This document shows, in pieces, positions 44,678 to 58,160 of a stretch of 63,382 bases of DNA. The first letter of the stretch is position 1. Each line of letters starts with the position of its first letter. Made by a program: the position numbers and the translations under genes. The notes beneath the pieces are model-generated. The model was given only the letters and a program-made list of their open reading frames with translations, had not been told where the DNA came from and did not search any database. Source of the stretch: Chlorokybus atmophyticus (lineage: Eukaryota; Plantae; Mesostigma and Chlorokybus algae); contig RHPI01001168.1 of assembly GCA_009103225.1 (NCBI GenBank), positions 469,053-532,434 of the forward strand, given 5' to 3'.

Positions 44678-46882
44678 TCAATCCTTTTCCTATAACGCAC
44701 CAGGACCAAACTTTTCACCAAGCCACAATAACAATGTATGCAACGACGCGGACATGCATGGCAGCTGCTTACCCTACTTGCTCGCGTTGTTGTGGCCGAA
44801 AGTGGCCGCAGAGCGCGCATTACATGCGCCTGCTAAAACAGGTTACAATCAGCACAATATCCTGTGGTATGGCCAGCCAGCCAGCCAGCCAGCACTGCAT
44901 GCACGTGTTAACGCACATGTGTGCCCGAATCCAGGAGAGGAGACAACTGCTTGACGGCAATGCCACCTCCCTCCTTCTCTTCTGCCTCTTTCTGGTCCTC
45001 CTCCTCCTCTTCCTCAACGAGGCCAACCACACGCTTGCCATGTGGTTGGTAACTGCTGCTATGGTAGATGCGGTATGGTGAAACCCACGCCCTTGGCCTG
45101 GCCCTTGGCCTGGTCCGAGCTGATTCTGCGCGCCTGCGCTGGGGCTGCGAGGTGGAGTCAGCGGCAGCTTCCACCATCTGGGTACAACTCCTGAGTCAGT
45201 AAAGTGAATGAAGCTGTGCTACTGACACAGGCACTTGAAGAATCTCAGAACAAAACTGATGATGTCTAGTATGCAGCATGGCCACACAACGTATTGACTT
45301 TGTGGCAAGCACTGTTATTGTGTGAGAACTTAGGAGCACTGTGGTTGCGTGTCACTTGCTGATGATCAACAAGTTATGCTCTGCAATCCAAGTTAGGAGC
45401 TACATTGGTATGTCCATGGCAGATCAACGTGCTAATATGAGAACTGACCACTCTCCAGTGCTCCTTCCAAGTGGACCGTGTGCATTGTGGCCGCAAGCAA
45501 TCCTCTCACCTGCACACAAGCATATGCTACTCGATGCATACTCCTTGTATCGTGCCACTGACCAAGAGCAGCAGCAGCAGGCGCAGGCAGCAGTTGCTTT
45601 CAATGCAGTAGCAATAGCAGCAGCTACAGCTCTTGCAGCAAAAGTTGAAGCCACTAGGACATGTGCTGCCTTTACTGCTGTAACAGCTGCTGCTGCTGTG
45701 GTTGAAGCTTTCAGTTACTGTAGCAATGACAGCTGGACCAGCAGGGGCTGTACTACAGCCGCCTTTAACACCACATCACACCAACCAGCAGCAAGCTGCT
45801 AGGACATGCACTGTACTGCTTCTACTGCCAATGCTGTACTGGTTGCTAGTGCTGCTGCTACTGCTGCGGGTCGGTGGCTTGATGGTGTTGAAAGCAGTTG
45901 TAGCACAGCCCCTGCTAGTTCAGCTACTACTGGCACCACTAACGCTGAAAGCAGCAGCAGCAATAGCAGCAACCGCAGCACCTGCTGCTGCTGCTGCTGC
46001 TGCTGTTACTATTGCTGTTTCTATCATTATTCCGGCAGCATTACTGCTCCCGCGAGTGCTTGAGGCACGAACACACAGAAATGGAATGTTTGCACCACTT
46101 GTTGCTACTATCGCAACCAAGTCAAGGAAGGAAACCTGCTAGCAAGTTTGTAACGCTACCATCATAACAAATGAATAGACAATGTACAATGCACAATATG
46201 ACAACTTATCATTGATACGGGTTGTTCAGGACTGACTTTGTTGCAACAACGACTTACCGAGGGTGATCTGACACCTTCAGCCTTGCACTCTTTTCCAACT
46301 CCACCATTGCATCCAATCCCATACCCAGAGTCACGGGAACACACATTTGATCATCACACACAACTACTCTGCATATATAGTTTCTCTGCCTACACACTAC
46401 ATGTTTGCGCCGATGGATCAGCTATCAAAGCGCCTCGCAGCGGTAACCACCAAACTAGAAGACCATCGCTGTCGTCATCATCTACAACATCCTCCAACAA
46501 TGATAAGGATTTGCAGGCAGGTACAGGCACTGCGAGGCAGGTGTTGATAGCCGTGGTGTTGACGCAATGGTGAACAACATCGACAGCACTACAGCAGAGT
46601 TTAATTCCGTCGAGTGAAACGGCAAACCATAAACGGCGGTACTCAATGGCTGCGGTAATCGTTTGCCGTTCATGTCGGACAAACCCTAAACAGGCGGCAA
46701 TGTTGTTGCCGGTGTCGCTGGTCTCTGGGGTTGGCGGGGCTGCTGCCTCGGTTTGGCTGAAAGAGGAGCTGCGCATTGCAAGGACTTGGTGAATTTGCCA
46801 CGGTTACAGCGCTGTGTTACGGCTGATGCCAACTGCTGTTTGAGGACCACTCTGCTGCAGCTGCCCGAAGTGCTTCCCAACC

Positions 46883-47959
46883 ATGGCGTCTGGCGCCCGG
46901 GGAAGCTCGCGCAAGTGGGGTGTTGACTTTGCGGGGGAGGGCGCTGGGTTTACAGGCAGAGCGCCCAATGACCCGCCGGGCTACGGCAGGGGAGGGGAAC
47001 AGGCAAGTGGGCAAGGGTCTTGTTACTACTTTTACCGTCATTATTAGCATGACACTCTGGTAGTAGTCGTTGCGTCAACCCATTCCGCACATGAGTCACA
47101 GGGAATGCATGCTCTGCCCACTGCTGAAGGTGGTTTCAACGACGTTGCTGACATTGCATGCCTGCACAAGGGCTGTTCAAGTAGTTTGGGTGTCTTTGCT
47201 ACATTGTCATGATATAACATGCTTGCAGGATGCGGAAAGCAGCACATCAACAAAGAGAAAAGACGCTGAGGTTACGATGAAGCAGAAGGTAGCTTAGTGT
47301 TACTTTGCAACCAGCCTGCAATGCACTGTCGCATGTGGATGCTGCGCAAACCAACTGATAAAGCGCGTTCGTTTACAGAAAGCTTGGGAGGCAGCTACTG
47401 CTCCTATGAAGCAGATACTTATGATGGGTTTCATGATGTGGATGGCTGGCAGCACAGTCCACATATTCAGCATTATGATCACAGCTACCGCCATATGGCA
47501 GCCCCTTCAAGCTATACGAGGAGCCCCTGCTTGTGAGCTCTTGCGCTGAGATGTAGTGGACTGCATTGCCATGGACTGACTTTGGTGTGGCGTGCTCAGT
47601 GTTCAAGAGGTTCAAAGATCCCAAAGTGGATACCTTTTCCTGCCAAGCAGTGTACATTCTTTGCAACCTTGCAGCATGTGGCATTGGCTTGTTCAAGGTG
47701 AGGTTCTTGTTCAACCTGTTTAGGCATGTGGCATTGTTGTCCTGTTGTGCTAGTCTCTTGATCTAACTATGGCATTATTGTGCAGCTCAATACGCTAGGG
47801 CTACTACCAACCAGTGCATCTGATTGGATATCAGACGCCGTCCCGCAGGCAAGTTGGCATGACGCATTGATTTTGGAAACAACAATCAGGTTTCGTAACA
47901 ATGCCAATATGCAGGCACTGGAGATCTCTGGTGGAGGGATTCCTCTTTCTCTGCATTGA
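46883..47959 (+). CDS. EMC4: ER membrane protein complex subunit 4 (DUF1077), 6 exons, two GC-AG introns
   Basis: Spliced protein: MASGARGSSRKWGVDF...DPPGY...|KRKDAEVTMKQK|KAWEAATAPMKQILMMGFMMWMAGSTVHIFSI...WQPLQAI|FKDPKVD...NL...GLFK|LNTLGLLPTSASDW|EISGGG. It is collinear with plant EMC4. Confidence 0.95.
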
Positions 47960-50554
47960 GGTGTTGCTTGGTTGTGCAGGCTTCGAGTAGGAGTAGATTG
48001 GTTGCAAAGCATGTTGCTGCTCAATTACAGTGCGCCTAGATGGTCTCTGTAGTGTGCTTGTCATCAGTGCCTTTCGATGGGGTCAGTGACGCATCGCGGT
48101 TGATATTGAACATGTGCGCATTGGTTTGACGAACACCAGTTTGCGACATTATACCTGCGCATATGAGAGGAGGCGTTCTGCATGCTGGCGCAAAGTGCTG
48201 TGAGAAAACCTTCCGTGTGTTTGCCACCACATGGTTGCCAAAAACTGTCAACTAATTCTTCTTGAGATTGTACAAACAATGCGCAACAGTATTCCTCATG
48301 ACTTGTGTCATGCACAACATGCAAGCATATGAACATCACACATGCACCGTGTGGCGCTGCGTGGTGTGGTGCTGTGGTCTTAACGCTGCTTCGTAAGTCA
48401 CGCACGTGTTGCTGAGGGGCCCAGCGCACTGCTATTCTTTACTTGTTTGCTGCCTGACTAACTTGTCCAATGTGTGCACCATCACCTTCACCCAACCCCC
48501 GTCTACCTCACCAACCACTGCCTTTGTTGCTTGTATAGGCTTTCCGACAGATCAAAGTGCATGCACACGCACACACAGCAAGCCAAGAGCAGGCAGAACA
48601 GGGTGAGCAATGGATTCAAGCGGGGGCTTCACCAAGACAACTTAGCTATGTGCAAGTAGCTAAGTGCAATGCAAGGGGCGGGCAGGCAGGCAGGCAGGCA
48701 AAGCAGGGTAGTAAAAAAGCAGCAAGCAGACCTGTGCAACAGGTGCTTGTATATATCTGTGCGCTCGATAAGCAGCAACAGCAACAGCAAGGGGACAATT
48801 GCAACAACGCGCACAACAACCACCCTTCTCCTACCCACCCTACCCTTACACCACTACATAAGGGCCACGGCAATGGGGTAAAAAAGGCAAAGCAATAACC
48901 ATGCGACTATGTGCAGCAGCGGGCGGGGTGGCAGTAGTTGATGATACCTGCAGGGGAGGGAGCACCCAGTGGTTACTTTTACGCCCCTCTTCGCCCCATT
49001 GTGGCCCCTAGCAACCACAACCACGACCACGGCGCTAGCGTTACTACGACAGTTCTGAGTTCTCAGCTGCCATCAGCTCAAACGTCTTAGCCACAGTATC
49101 GTTGACAAACATACACCTATAAGGGGTGTTAAGTAAACACCCTTGCATTAGTACATTGCATCGCATGAGAACGTACGGATGCGGCATGCACGGTGGGGAC
49201 GTTGCTGGCGATGCCGTGCGGAAGCCATTGGCAGTGTTGAATGCTTCATGATGTTGCAGCACGGTTGCAGTCAATGTATCCGCCAAGCAGTACGTGGCTA
49301 TCTGCAATTCAGCTCGCAACAATGTTACATAGAACTTTCTGCAAATCACTGCAATTGTTTTAATTTCAAACACCCCCGCCGCCTCATCCACTTGCGTGTA
49401 CAACACAAACCCACGCTGCAACTCATGCAGTTGCTGGTGATCATCTGACGCTGGTTGACCAGCCACAGGTGGCATCACCTAATTGTATGTATGCGTATAC
49501 CATGTGTAATTAGACGTGCTTTGCAGTCATATTATGCTCCTTGCGTATAAACCGCATTGTATACTTACTTTGTGCACACCAGGCACTCACCCTCATATGC
49601 ACTTAACTACCGGGCTATACTACTACATCATCTGAATTATTACCTAAATCACCACCCCGTTAGTCCTGCAAGCATGCATGCATGCATGCATAGGCTGTCC
49701 TTGTATGGCAAATGCAAAGCACAAAAATGCAGCAATTGAGCACGCAGTAGCACAGCAGAAACAACTCGAATAGAGTGAAATGCAGTGCAGTGCTGTAGAA
49801 CAAAACACGCACTCACGCACCCACGCACGTAGACACAGATAGCTCCCAGAACTGCATGCATGCATAGCCTATTAATTAAATGCATGCTTCACAATGTATT
49901 CACCTGCCCACACGGGCGAGTGCTGCTCTTGTTCTGCCTGCCCTGTGCATCCTGACTAAATCACCTGTTCAGAAGCTGCCTGTTTAATGGATGATGCTCA
50001 CATGTGCCCCATGGGCCACGGGCCGTGGCATTGACTGCAAAACGTGGCATATGCACACTATCATGCCAGCAACATTCTGCGCACGCGTGATCAATTGTGC
50101 ACTTATTGTGGAAATGGAAGTTGCCTGCACAATAGCAATGCCCCATGACCTGGTATTGCGTAAATAATTGGCAAACATGGTGTGAGTCACTTGCACAAGT
50201 CGTAAACATCACCAAAACCACTGATTCATTGTGCACACAGCTGTGTGCACAAATGCACAACAGCAGCTCGCATATCCTGTACAAAGCCACATAAAAACAA
50301 TGTACTTAATACAGTATGTGGATCTGTACTTTACGAGTCCTGCCAGTCTACCTGCATGTCTATGCCAATGCTACGACTTCCTCCCTGTACGCGCATTGGT
50401 TTGCAGGCTGTGACATGATTGCCACGGCAAGCATTAATAATGACACTACAAAGAATGGGGTGCAGTGCACCTGACCAGACTTGCCTGGTGCAGTCCTGCT
50501 TGTTGCACGCAGTGAAAGTCAAAACTGTGCAACCAGTGCAGGGGCCCATGCTGG

Positions 50555-51778
50555 CTACAAGTCGGCATACTTGCATGGGTCAACAGCAGCTCCTCCCGGA
50601 CTGCGAATCTCCCAATGCAAATGCGGACCAGTAGCCCTGCCAGTCTCGCCAACAAGAGAAATGCAGTCTCCTCGCTTGACTCTCTCTCCCTCCTTGACCA
50701 AGATTTCACTGTTGTGGCCATACAGAGTGCGCCAGCCGTCCGCATGCGTGATCTGCACATACACGGCGACGTCAGCACTACTGTGTTAAAGCTCAAGGTG
50801 TTAATAGCAAACAGTGAAAAATAATTGCATACCTCCACAAGGTTGCCGAAGCCGCTGACCTCCCAGCCAGACCAGGTGACCTCGCCATCGTCAGCAGCCA
50901 TCACAGGAGCGCCTGTGGGTGCCGCAAGGTCTACACCATTGTGAAACTTGCCCCAGCGAGGCCCATACAGCGAGCTGATGTCCCAGTGCTTTTCCACAGG
51001 CTTGATGAAGCCGCTCCAGCCAGGTGCAGCTTCCTGTGCAACAAAAGCACAGCAAACATCAACACATGCCTCAAAACAACAAGACCGGCCAAGCACAAGG
51101 AGAAGGACAGGAACTAAGTTGTGACCGTCAATGTGCATTTTGTACCTGTGCTGCTATTTTGGCTGTGTACAAGGCAGCCTCGCGGTAGTTCCACTCAGAC
51201 TCATAGTATGATACCGAAGTGCTTGCAAGTGGAGCCAGGCGCTTGGCTTTGTAGGTGGTTTGCGGCGGCAGCAGCTTGCGTCCAGCCTTCTGGATCTGTA
51301 CGGCGAGGTGCGCGAGTGTCTTGTTGTTCCACACCGCAAGGTGTACTTGGCGAAAAGACTGCTCCAAGTTGGCTTGAACCCAAGCCACAGGATCTGCCCG
51401 CCCCGCGGTGGTGGGCGTCACTGGCGACTGGTCGCCGCAACAGCAGCCTGCTCCGTGGGGCTTGTTGTGCACCATTGTGGCCTCTGAGTCTGCACGACAT
51501 AAGCAAGAAGGCAGAAACACAGCGTAAGCGTCAAGCCAGCAGCAATGCGCACGCATAAGCATTGTCAGGACACATAATGTGCTTACAGTTGGGAAAGCGA
51601 GCAACTTCGCGAGCGAGAGCCGGGCAGCAAAAGCGGTCGAGCTCTCAACGACCAACACCGGCGCCGCTACCTCCTTCCACAACAGCTCTCCCCTTGGCCT
51701 GCTCTGCCCTGTAGCCAAGCAGCTACTGCGGCGGCGGGTGGCTAAGCCAAAAAACAAGCTGCTACTACTTCGTCGCAA
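50555..51778 (-). CDS. M23-family zinc metallo-endopeptidase (NlpD/MepM/DipM-like), intron-containing, probably plastid-targeted
   Basis: ISSLYGPRWGKFHNGVDLAAPTGAPVMAADDGEV (HxxxD), GFGNLVE|ITHADGWRTLYGHNS, GRATGPHLHWEIR (HxH). A Ser/Arg-rich N-terminal stretch is present; the start codon is not resolved. Confidence 0.9.
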
Positions 51779-52639
51779 AAAACGGCAGCCAAGTGCAGCT
51801 CAGCAACCACAGCAACAGCACTCCCCCAAGACACCAAAATGACCTCTACCACGACCGTTGCGCCGACCACAAGCGCACAAACAACACCACTGCCGCCTCC
51901 CCTCCCGCCCAAACACCCGCCCCAAAACTTGGCCCGCCTCCTGGCCAGCTGGCCGCCAAAAACCAGTAACTTAACGGGGAATGCGGTCTGTTTTTCGCTG
52001 CTGACGGCCGCGACGCGCAAACCTACACGGTCAGTGCGGATGCGCGCAGCCTTAGGATGGACAGGTGTCTATCAATGGTCGTTGGATGCGCGGACTATTT
52101 TTTCTAGCGCGGTTAAGTGACTGCGCCAATGGTGCTCGTCGCCCCCGCGGCCTGGATAACGCTCACAATGTGCGCGCAACTGGCTGGCGTTTGGGCTGCA
52201 GCTGCTTCCCTCACGATGTTAGCCATTTGGCAACATTCGTTACGAGCAAGCCGGTGTTCATGTGTTCATGTGTTTCAAAATCTTGTTGTTCACTTATGTA
52301 TGGGCATCGCAGTTTACACTGTGTAAGGGTGACAATCGGGCCATTCACCATGGCTCATTCTCAATTACCGCCCATGCCATGATGCAGGAGGAGCCGGCGA
52401 GCCAAGCTGCGGAGTGGCGTAGAAGCGCCTGCTATAGTAACAGGCGATCTGTGGAGCACGTAGCCCATTCGTCTGTGTTCTGTCCACGGAGCTTCTTCTG
52501 CCTGCCTTAACCCACTCAACGGTCACATGGCTTGAATCGCATGCGTGCCAATCATGCAATGTGCCACTACTACTACTAGCGCAACTTTGGCCTCGCGAGC
52601 CAGTTGCGACACGGGCAAGCATTGGGTTGCATCACGCCT

Positions 52640-54261
52640 TAGAGCCACAACGGACCAACCCGAGTTTTAGGGCCCGCAGCTCGTGTAAAACCTCGTATGA
52701 CCCTGAAATGCGAACGCGTCACGGTTTTAGGGATGAGTTTTGGATCGAGCCACGTAAACCTCGTACCATTTTTGTAAAACTCCTAAAATGCACAGTTAGT
52801 GAGGAAAAGTAAATCACCATTGGGGTTGCGCGCATTTCATGAGCTCCCGCCCTTTCCGCCTCCGTTTCATCACGCCTCTGTCTCATAGCTCAAAGCCCCT
52901 GCCGCCGTTGCTGACGGCGGCCACATACATAAACAGAAACAGAAACAGAAACATGTACTTATACATATACACTTACATGTATACACAAATGCATGTGACA
53001 CATATATACACGTATACATACATATATATGCAAATGCATGTAAATATATATATATACACATATATATGTAAATAGACATCGTTGTATGTTCATGTCAATT
53101 GGCTGTGTATATACATGTTATGTGTATACATATATGTAATTATGTATGTACTTATATACATGTATGGATATATATCTACATTTATTGATATATTTGTATG
53201 CAAGTATATAGAATCACTCATAGCATAACTTATACATATACATATTGATGAACATGAACATATATGTTATGCTATACATATTTGTATATTCGAATATGTA
53301 CTTATACTATAGTTATATGTGTATATTTTTATGTATATGTCTATTACATGTACATGTATATAAATGCATGTATGACACATAATTATACATATAAAGATAT
53401 GTAAGTATACATGTTTGAAAATCTATGATGTACATATAGCATGTACATAACATGTAACATGTATATGTAGTATATATATTTATCTGTACTCTTACAGGTA
53501 CAATCGATATATATATATATACATATATATGTAAATATAATTACATATGTTGTACATATACATATATATGTATCCATACATATGTATCAATGTATATAGC
53601 CATGTGTAAGATATGAATATGCATGTATATACACATATATATATATATATACATAAACATATGCATATATTGATATATATACATGTGTGATGATTATGTT
53701 GCTGTTCATGCATGCGATATACACATGTACATACATGTACACATATATATACACACATGTACACATATGTGTGTACATGTGTGTGTATGTACACACACAT
53801 ATGTGTACATGTGTGTGTATGTACACACACATATGTTTTGTGTGTGTGTGTATATATAAACATATATGGTTGTGCACACATACAGATATTATATGATATT
53901 TCTGTGAATATATGTATAATGTATATACATATAAATATATATGTATATACACATATGATGACCACATGTGTGCGTATATTTATGTGACTTAATTTGTGCA
54001 GCTGTACATACATATAAAGATGTATAGACGTCTTAACATACACATGTGCCCACGCCGCCGCCACCTTAATAAGTAGTATGAACGCTTGTTGCTCTTGGGG
54101 AGGCACTCGTGAGATGCCGCTCCCCGCCAATCGCAACATTTTGGCCCTAAAACTTTCGGGTCGTTTGCGGTTTAGGGCCCGACCAGTTTTAGGGCTTGAA
54201 ATCAGGTTTTAAAATCACCCAAAAACTTTCGGCACCAAAACCCGGTCCGTTGTGGCTTCTA
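52640..54261. mobile_element. non-autonomous TIR element (MITE-like, possibly hAT-related) with an AT-rich interior
   Basis: AGCCACAACGGACC at 52643-52656 and its exact reverse complement GGTCCGTTGTGGCT at 54244-54257. Subterminal TTTTAGGG/CCCTAAAA repeats are present. I found no TSD. Confidence 0.65.
52925..54045. repeat. AT-rich (TA/CA/TG) low-complexity tract
   Basis: Degenerate ATAT/ACAT/GTGT repeats; source of the spurious YIYI/CVCV ORFs. Confidence 0.9.
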
Positions 54262-55918
54262 CTTGTGACAAGTGAGCGTCATTGATGTGTCTGCAGCAGC
54301 CATCGACGGTAGTGGTCGCGACTCGCAAATGCAGCTTCAAAAACTTCTTGCGTGATGCGTGACTGAAGTTGTGCGTGAGAAGTCTGCACCAAGTTACGGT
54401 CCAGCTGCCACGTGCTCTGCTGCCACGCTTGCTGCAAGTTCTTGCCCCGTTGCTGTATCAGCCATGCAATAAATGCTTGTAACGTGTCAGCTCACATCAA
54501 ATAGGTGTATTGAAGCACTCCTCTCACGCATCATGTTGCGTCAACGACATTACACATAGCATGCGTAAGTTTGTGTACGGTGCACACACATGAAGGTCAA
54601 CCTAGCAGATACTTGACAAGTAACTTCCTTGCAGCATGCATTTTCAATGGCAATATTTAATGGGGAAAAAATTGGGGTTGCAATTGCATAGCATCATTGA
54701 GCTTTTCACCTCCACCGTTTTTCAAGCCTTAATTTGCACTTTTGGCCCCTACGTAAACTCGAACCTTATATATCCTCAAACTGGCTTTTTGTCTTCATGT
54801 GCAACCAATGGGACCGGTTATTCAACATAGCATGGCAGAGCAGATTGCATTATTACTCATAAGGCAACAAACAAGCAACATACCACACAAAGCAAAGACA
54901 CGGGGTGGGGGGCCAATTATGCCAGCTATATGTGCGCTATGTAGGAACGCAAATGAATAGGGGAGGGGAGGGAGCAGCAAGCAGTAGAGCAAGAGTTGGG
55001 GATAACCTGCCAGCATCGCGCAGCAACGCATGCGTCTCTGCCGCACAGGCTGTTCTTCTCCCCCCGCCCCCCCTCCTGCCCTACTGCTTTCTTATCTAGC
55101 CTACATGCCTGCTTATTGCGTGCTTGATTGTTGTGCGCTAATGTTACGCACTCGTGTCTATCCTTTATGTTGATTGCTAAGCGCCACTCTGTGCCCGCTC
55201 ATGAATCTTAATGCCAATGTAAATTTCAAGGCTTGCATGTGTGCATTATTAGTTGCATGGCTTTACTCTATATGTATGCTGTTTTGTGTTTACCATGTAC
55301 CAAAGATTGTGTTTGGGTGGTCACGGTGCATTTACGTTACCCTATTGAGCAAAATGAGTATACTTGTCATCAGAAAAAATTTGCATACGTCAACGTCGCA
55401 ATGCCGCTGCCCTACCTACAGTCGGACCATGTATGACGGCCAGTCCACATTGTCACCAGCAGTCAGCTAGTCAGGTACCAACCGTCCGATGCCCATTATT
55501 GGCCACTGACGGCGGACTGCCTTCGTGACCTGCTGTTTGCGGCGCCGACCTGAGACGGACTGACAGTCGACCGTAGTTTTGCACGGGCGACTAATGGTGA
55601 CTGAGTGGTAACCTTGAGATACCTGAAAACTAAGTTGGTTAGCTACAAGGTAGATTATGGTGACGGAGCGGATTGTTGGGTACTTGAAAACTTGGTTAGT
55701 GAGCTTGAAGGCGACTTATGCAAACAACACAGTACCTTTTAGCTACGGGAAACATCAACAAATTAGCCAACAACGGACTGAAGGTACCAACGGGGTACCT
55801 GGAGTTTAACTGTTCAAGCCTTTGGTTGGCGAGCAGGTGGTTGATGGTAACAAACCGTTCATAGTCACATGCCTTAATGAGCGGCGCAGTTAGCGGTCAG
55901 TCTATTATTGGCAAAGTA

Positions 55919-58160
55919 CAGTCTACCCTTGCTAAGAGCATACTGTTTGTCCCCAGCAATCGTATGCTCTTGGCGAGGTTATGCTCGTGGCGTTTAAGAG
56001 AATAACTTGCTCTTAGATGTCAAGAGCTTATTTACGCTATTAAAACGGTTTTGCAGCAAAAACATGTATAAATAAAACTTTGTGAGTTATTGTGCTGGCT
56101 AATGCATGTTCAATCAATTGCTTACTTGAGAAGCATGTAAAAGCACATACAAAATTAATGAAACTCAATTATTATATGTGTGATGCAGTGATCAAATGCC
56201 CTTTATGCATGTGTCTGCATGCTCGATTTATTGGTTTATACACTTTTTAAAGTTATTGCTGGTGTTTTTCAATGTAAGACATGCGCATGAACTCATGTAT
56301 GCGCTACTCGCGCATTAAACACCATGAGCAAGTCACATGTTTACAATACACAAGTCAACAACCTAAACATACCACACTAATCATCAACTATCAAAGGGTG
56401 TTCGGCCGTCGCACTGCTAGTTGCCACATGCAATGCCGACGCGTCAGTGGTCAAGACATGAAAGAACTCATGTGCAACTCATGTGTTAACACTGCATGCG
56501 TACACACCGTCATCATCCGCATTAGAGTCGTCCTTTGGTGGGCTCAGTGCCCCGACATTCAATAAAAAACTTCGTCACTCTGGCTCGCTTCGGTGGGAAA
56601 TGTTTCATCGACCTCGACGAACTCAGCGGCAGGCAGCATATCAACACGCGGGATGGGCAGCGCTGCATCATGTCGCCCATGTCGTGTATCACCGCCTCAA
56701 TGATGCAATCGCTTTCGGGGGGATTGGTGGCATACCATTCAGCAGGGGTAATGCCAGTCTTCCTCCAGCAATTGGAGATGGGTCGTGCCGCTCAGCTCCT
56801 GCCACACCTCGCGATTCCACATAATGGCGTCGCGATCTGTACCTTGATTTTGCTCAAGCGGAGGGTGGGGTCGGCGTCAAATTGCTGAAGAAGGTGCTAC
56901 ACAAGCTTCCTTTTGTACCTGCACATGAAGAGCAACAACAACATCATCAATAGCATTACAATCTCTAACAAACATGGGGGTCCTAGGGGTCGGCCCCTCA
57001 GCCCAAAAATGTTTCACATCTTATTAAAATTAACAGCTCTGTTTGTTTCGAAACAGTGCACTGTCACTCACCTGGCCTTGAATGCGACGATGATGCCAGC
57101 GTCTTAAGGTTGCACTTTGGAAGTGGTGTTGGCCGGGAAAATCAGACACTTGATGTTGCTCAACTCCAGCGTTCGGAAGCCTTCTTCCATGCCATGTTCG
57201 GCATATGTGTAGGCATGTGTTGAGGAGTTGTTATAGTAGCAAGACGTGTCTGTTTTGTAGCTTCATGTACAGGTTGAAGGCACACAATCATTGGCTGAAA
57301 ACCTATTGCACATAATACATATCAATAAGTTGCATGTGCGGTTGCAGTTGTAACCACACGAGACACTTACTTGTGAGTTCATCCAAGCTTTCTTGTTATA
57401 GTCGTAGTCCACGCCAATGTGGATTGGCGTCCAGGGTCTGCCAAAGGATTTGGGACGCTTGTATGTGCCGATGATGAGGATGGGCGCTTCTCAAAGCCAT
57501 CAGCATTAACATATAGGACTGCTGTAATCCCATCTTTCTCTTTTTCCCCCCTTTAGCTTCCTCCGTTGCAGTAAACAGAATACGACACGGGCATGCTCTA
57601 TATAATACTCCACTCTCATCCACGTTCCACACATCAACTATGCGGTATTTACCTATAATAAGAGGCAACCTACTACGGGCTGCATCCACACCCTCCTCGT
57701 CTGCATCCTTTGGTTCACCATCCAAAGTTTTTGCAGCAATGCCATGTCGCTTTTTAAAACGGTAAACCCAACCATGTGAAGCATTGAACCCCTCTATGCT
57801 CAGCTTGCTAGCAAAGTCTCTTGCTTTCTCCATCAACATGCCATCAGTTATCAATGCGTTGCGTGCTCTGGCCTGGTCAAACCACGCATACAGTCCATCC
57901 TCCAACTTAGAGTGAGCGGCAACCCGCATCCTCTTATGCTTGGCAACATGCTTGCCACCCGACGTCAACACATTAGCTGTGTGTTGTCGCTGTTTGCCAA
58001 GGAGTTTTGAGAGAGAACTCTGTTTGATGATGATCTTGAGCTCGATTTCGATAAGGGCAATCAACTTTGCTTGTTTGAGTCCTTAATGGGCGTCACATAA
58101 CTCAGTGATGCGTTGCTTGTCCGTTATGGAAAGGTTCTCACGCTTGAGTCGTGAAGCCAT
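55919..58160 (-). mobile_element. pogo/Tigger (CENP-B-like) DNA transposon fossil with an intron-containing transposase pseudogene
   Basis: MASRLKRENLSITDKQRI HTH; LEDGLYAWF...LMEKAR...FNASHGWVYRFKKRHGI; WNVDESG; after frameshifts ITAVLYVNADG, YNKKAWMNS, VLLL*..STH, FPANTTSKVQP*DAGII.AFK, ISNCWRKTG. TA|CAGTCTACCC at 55917 is a plausible terminus; the other TIR was not found. Confidence 0.85.
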
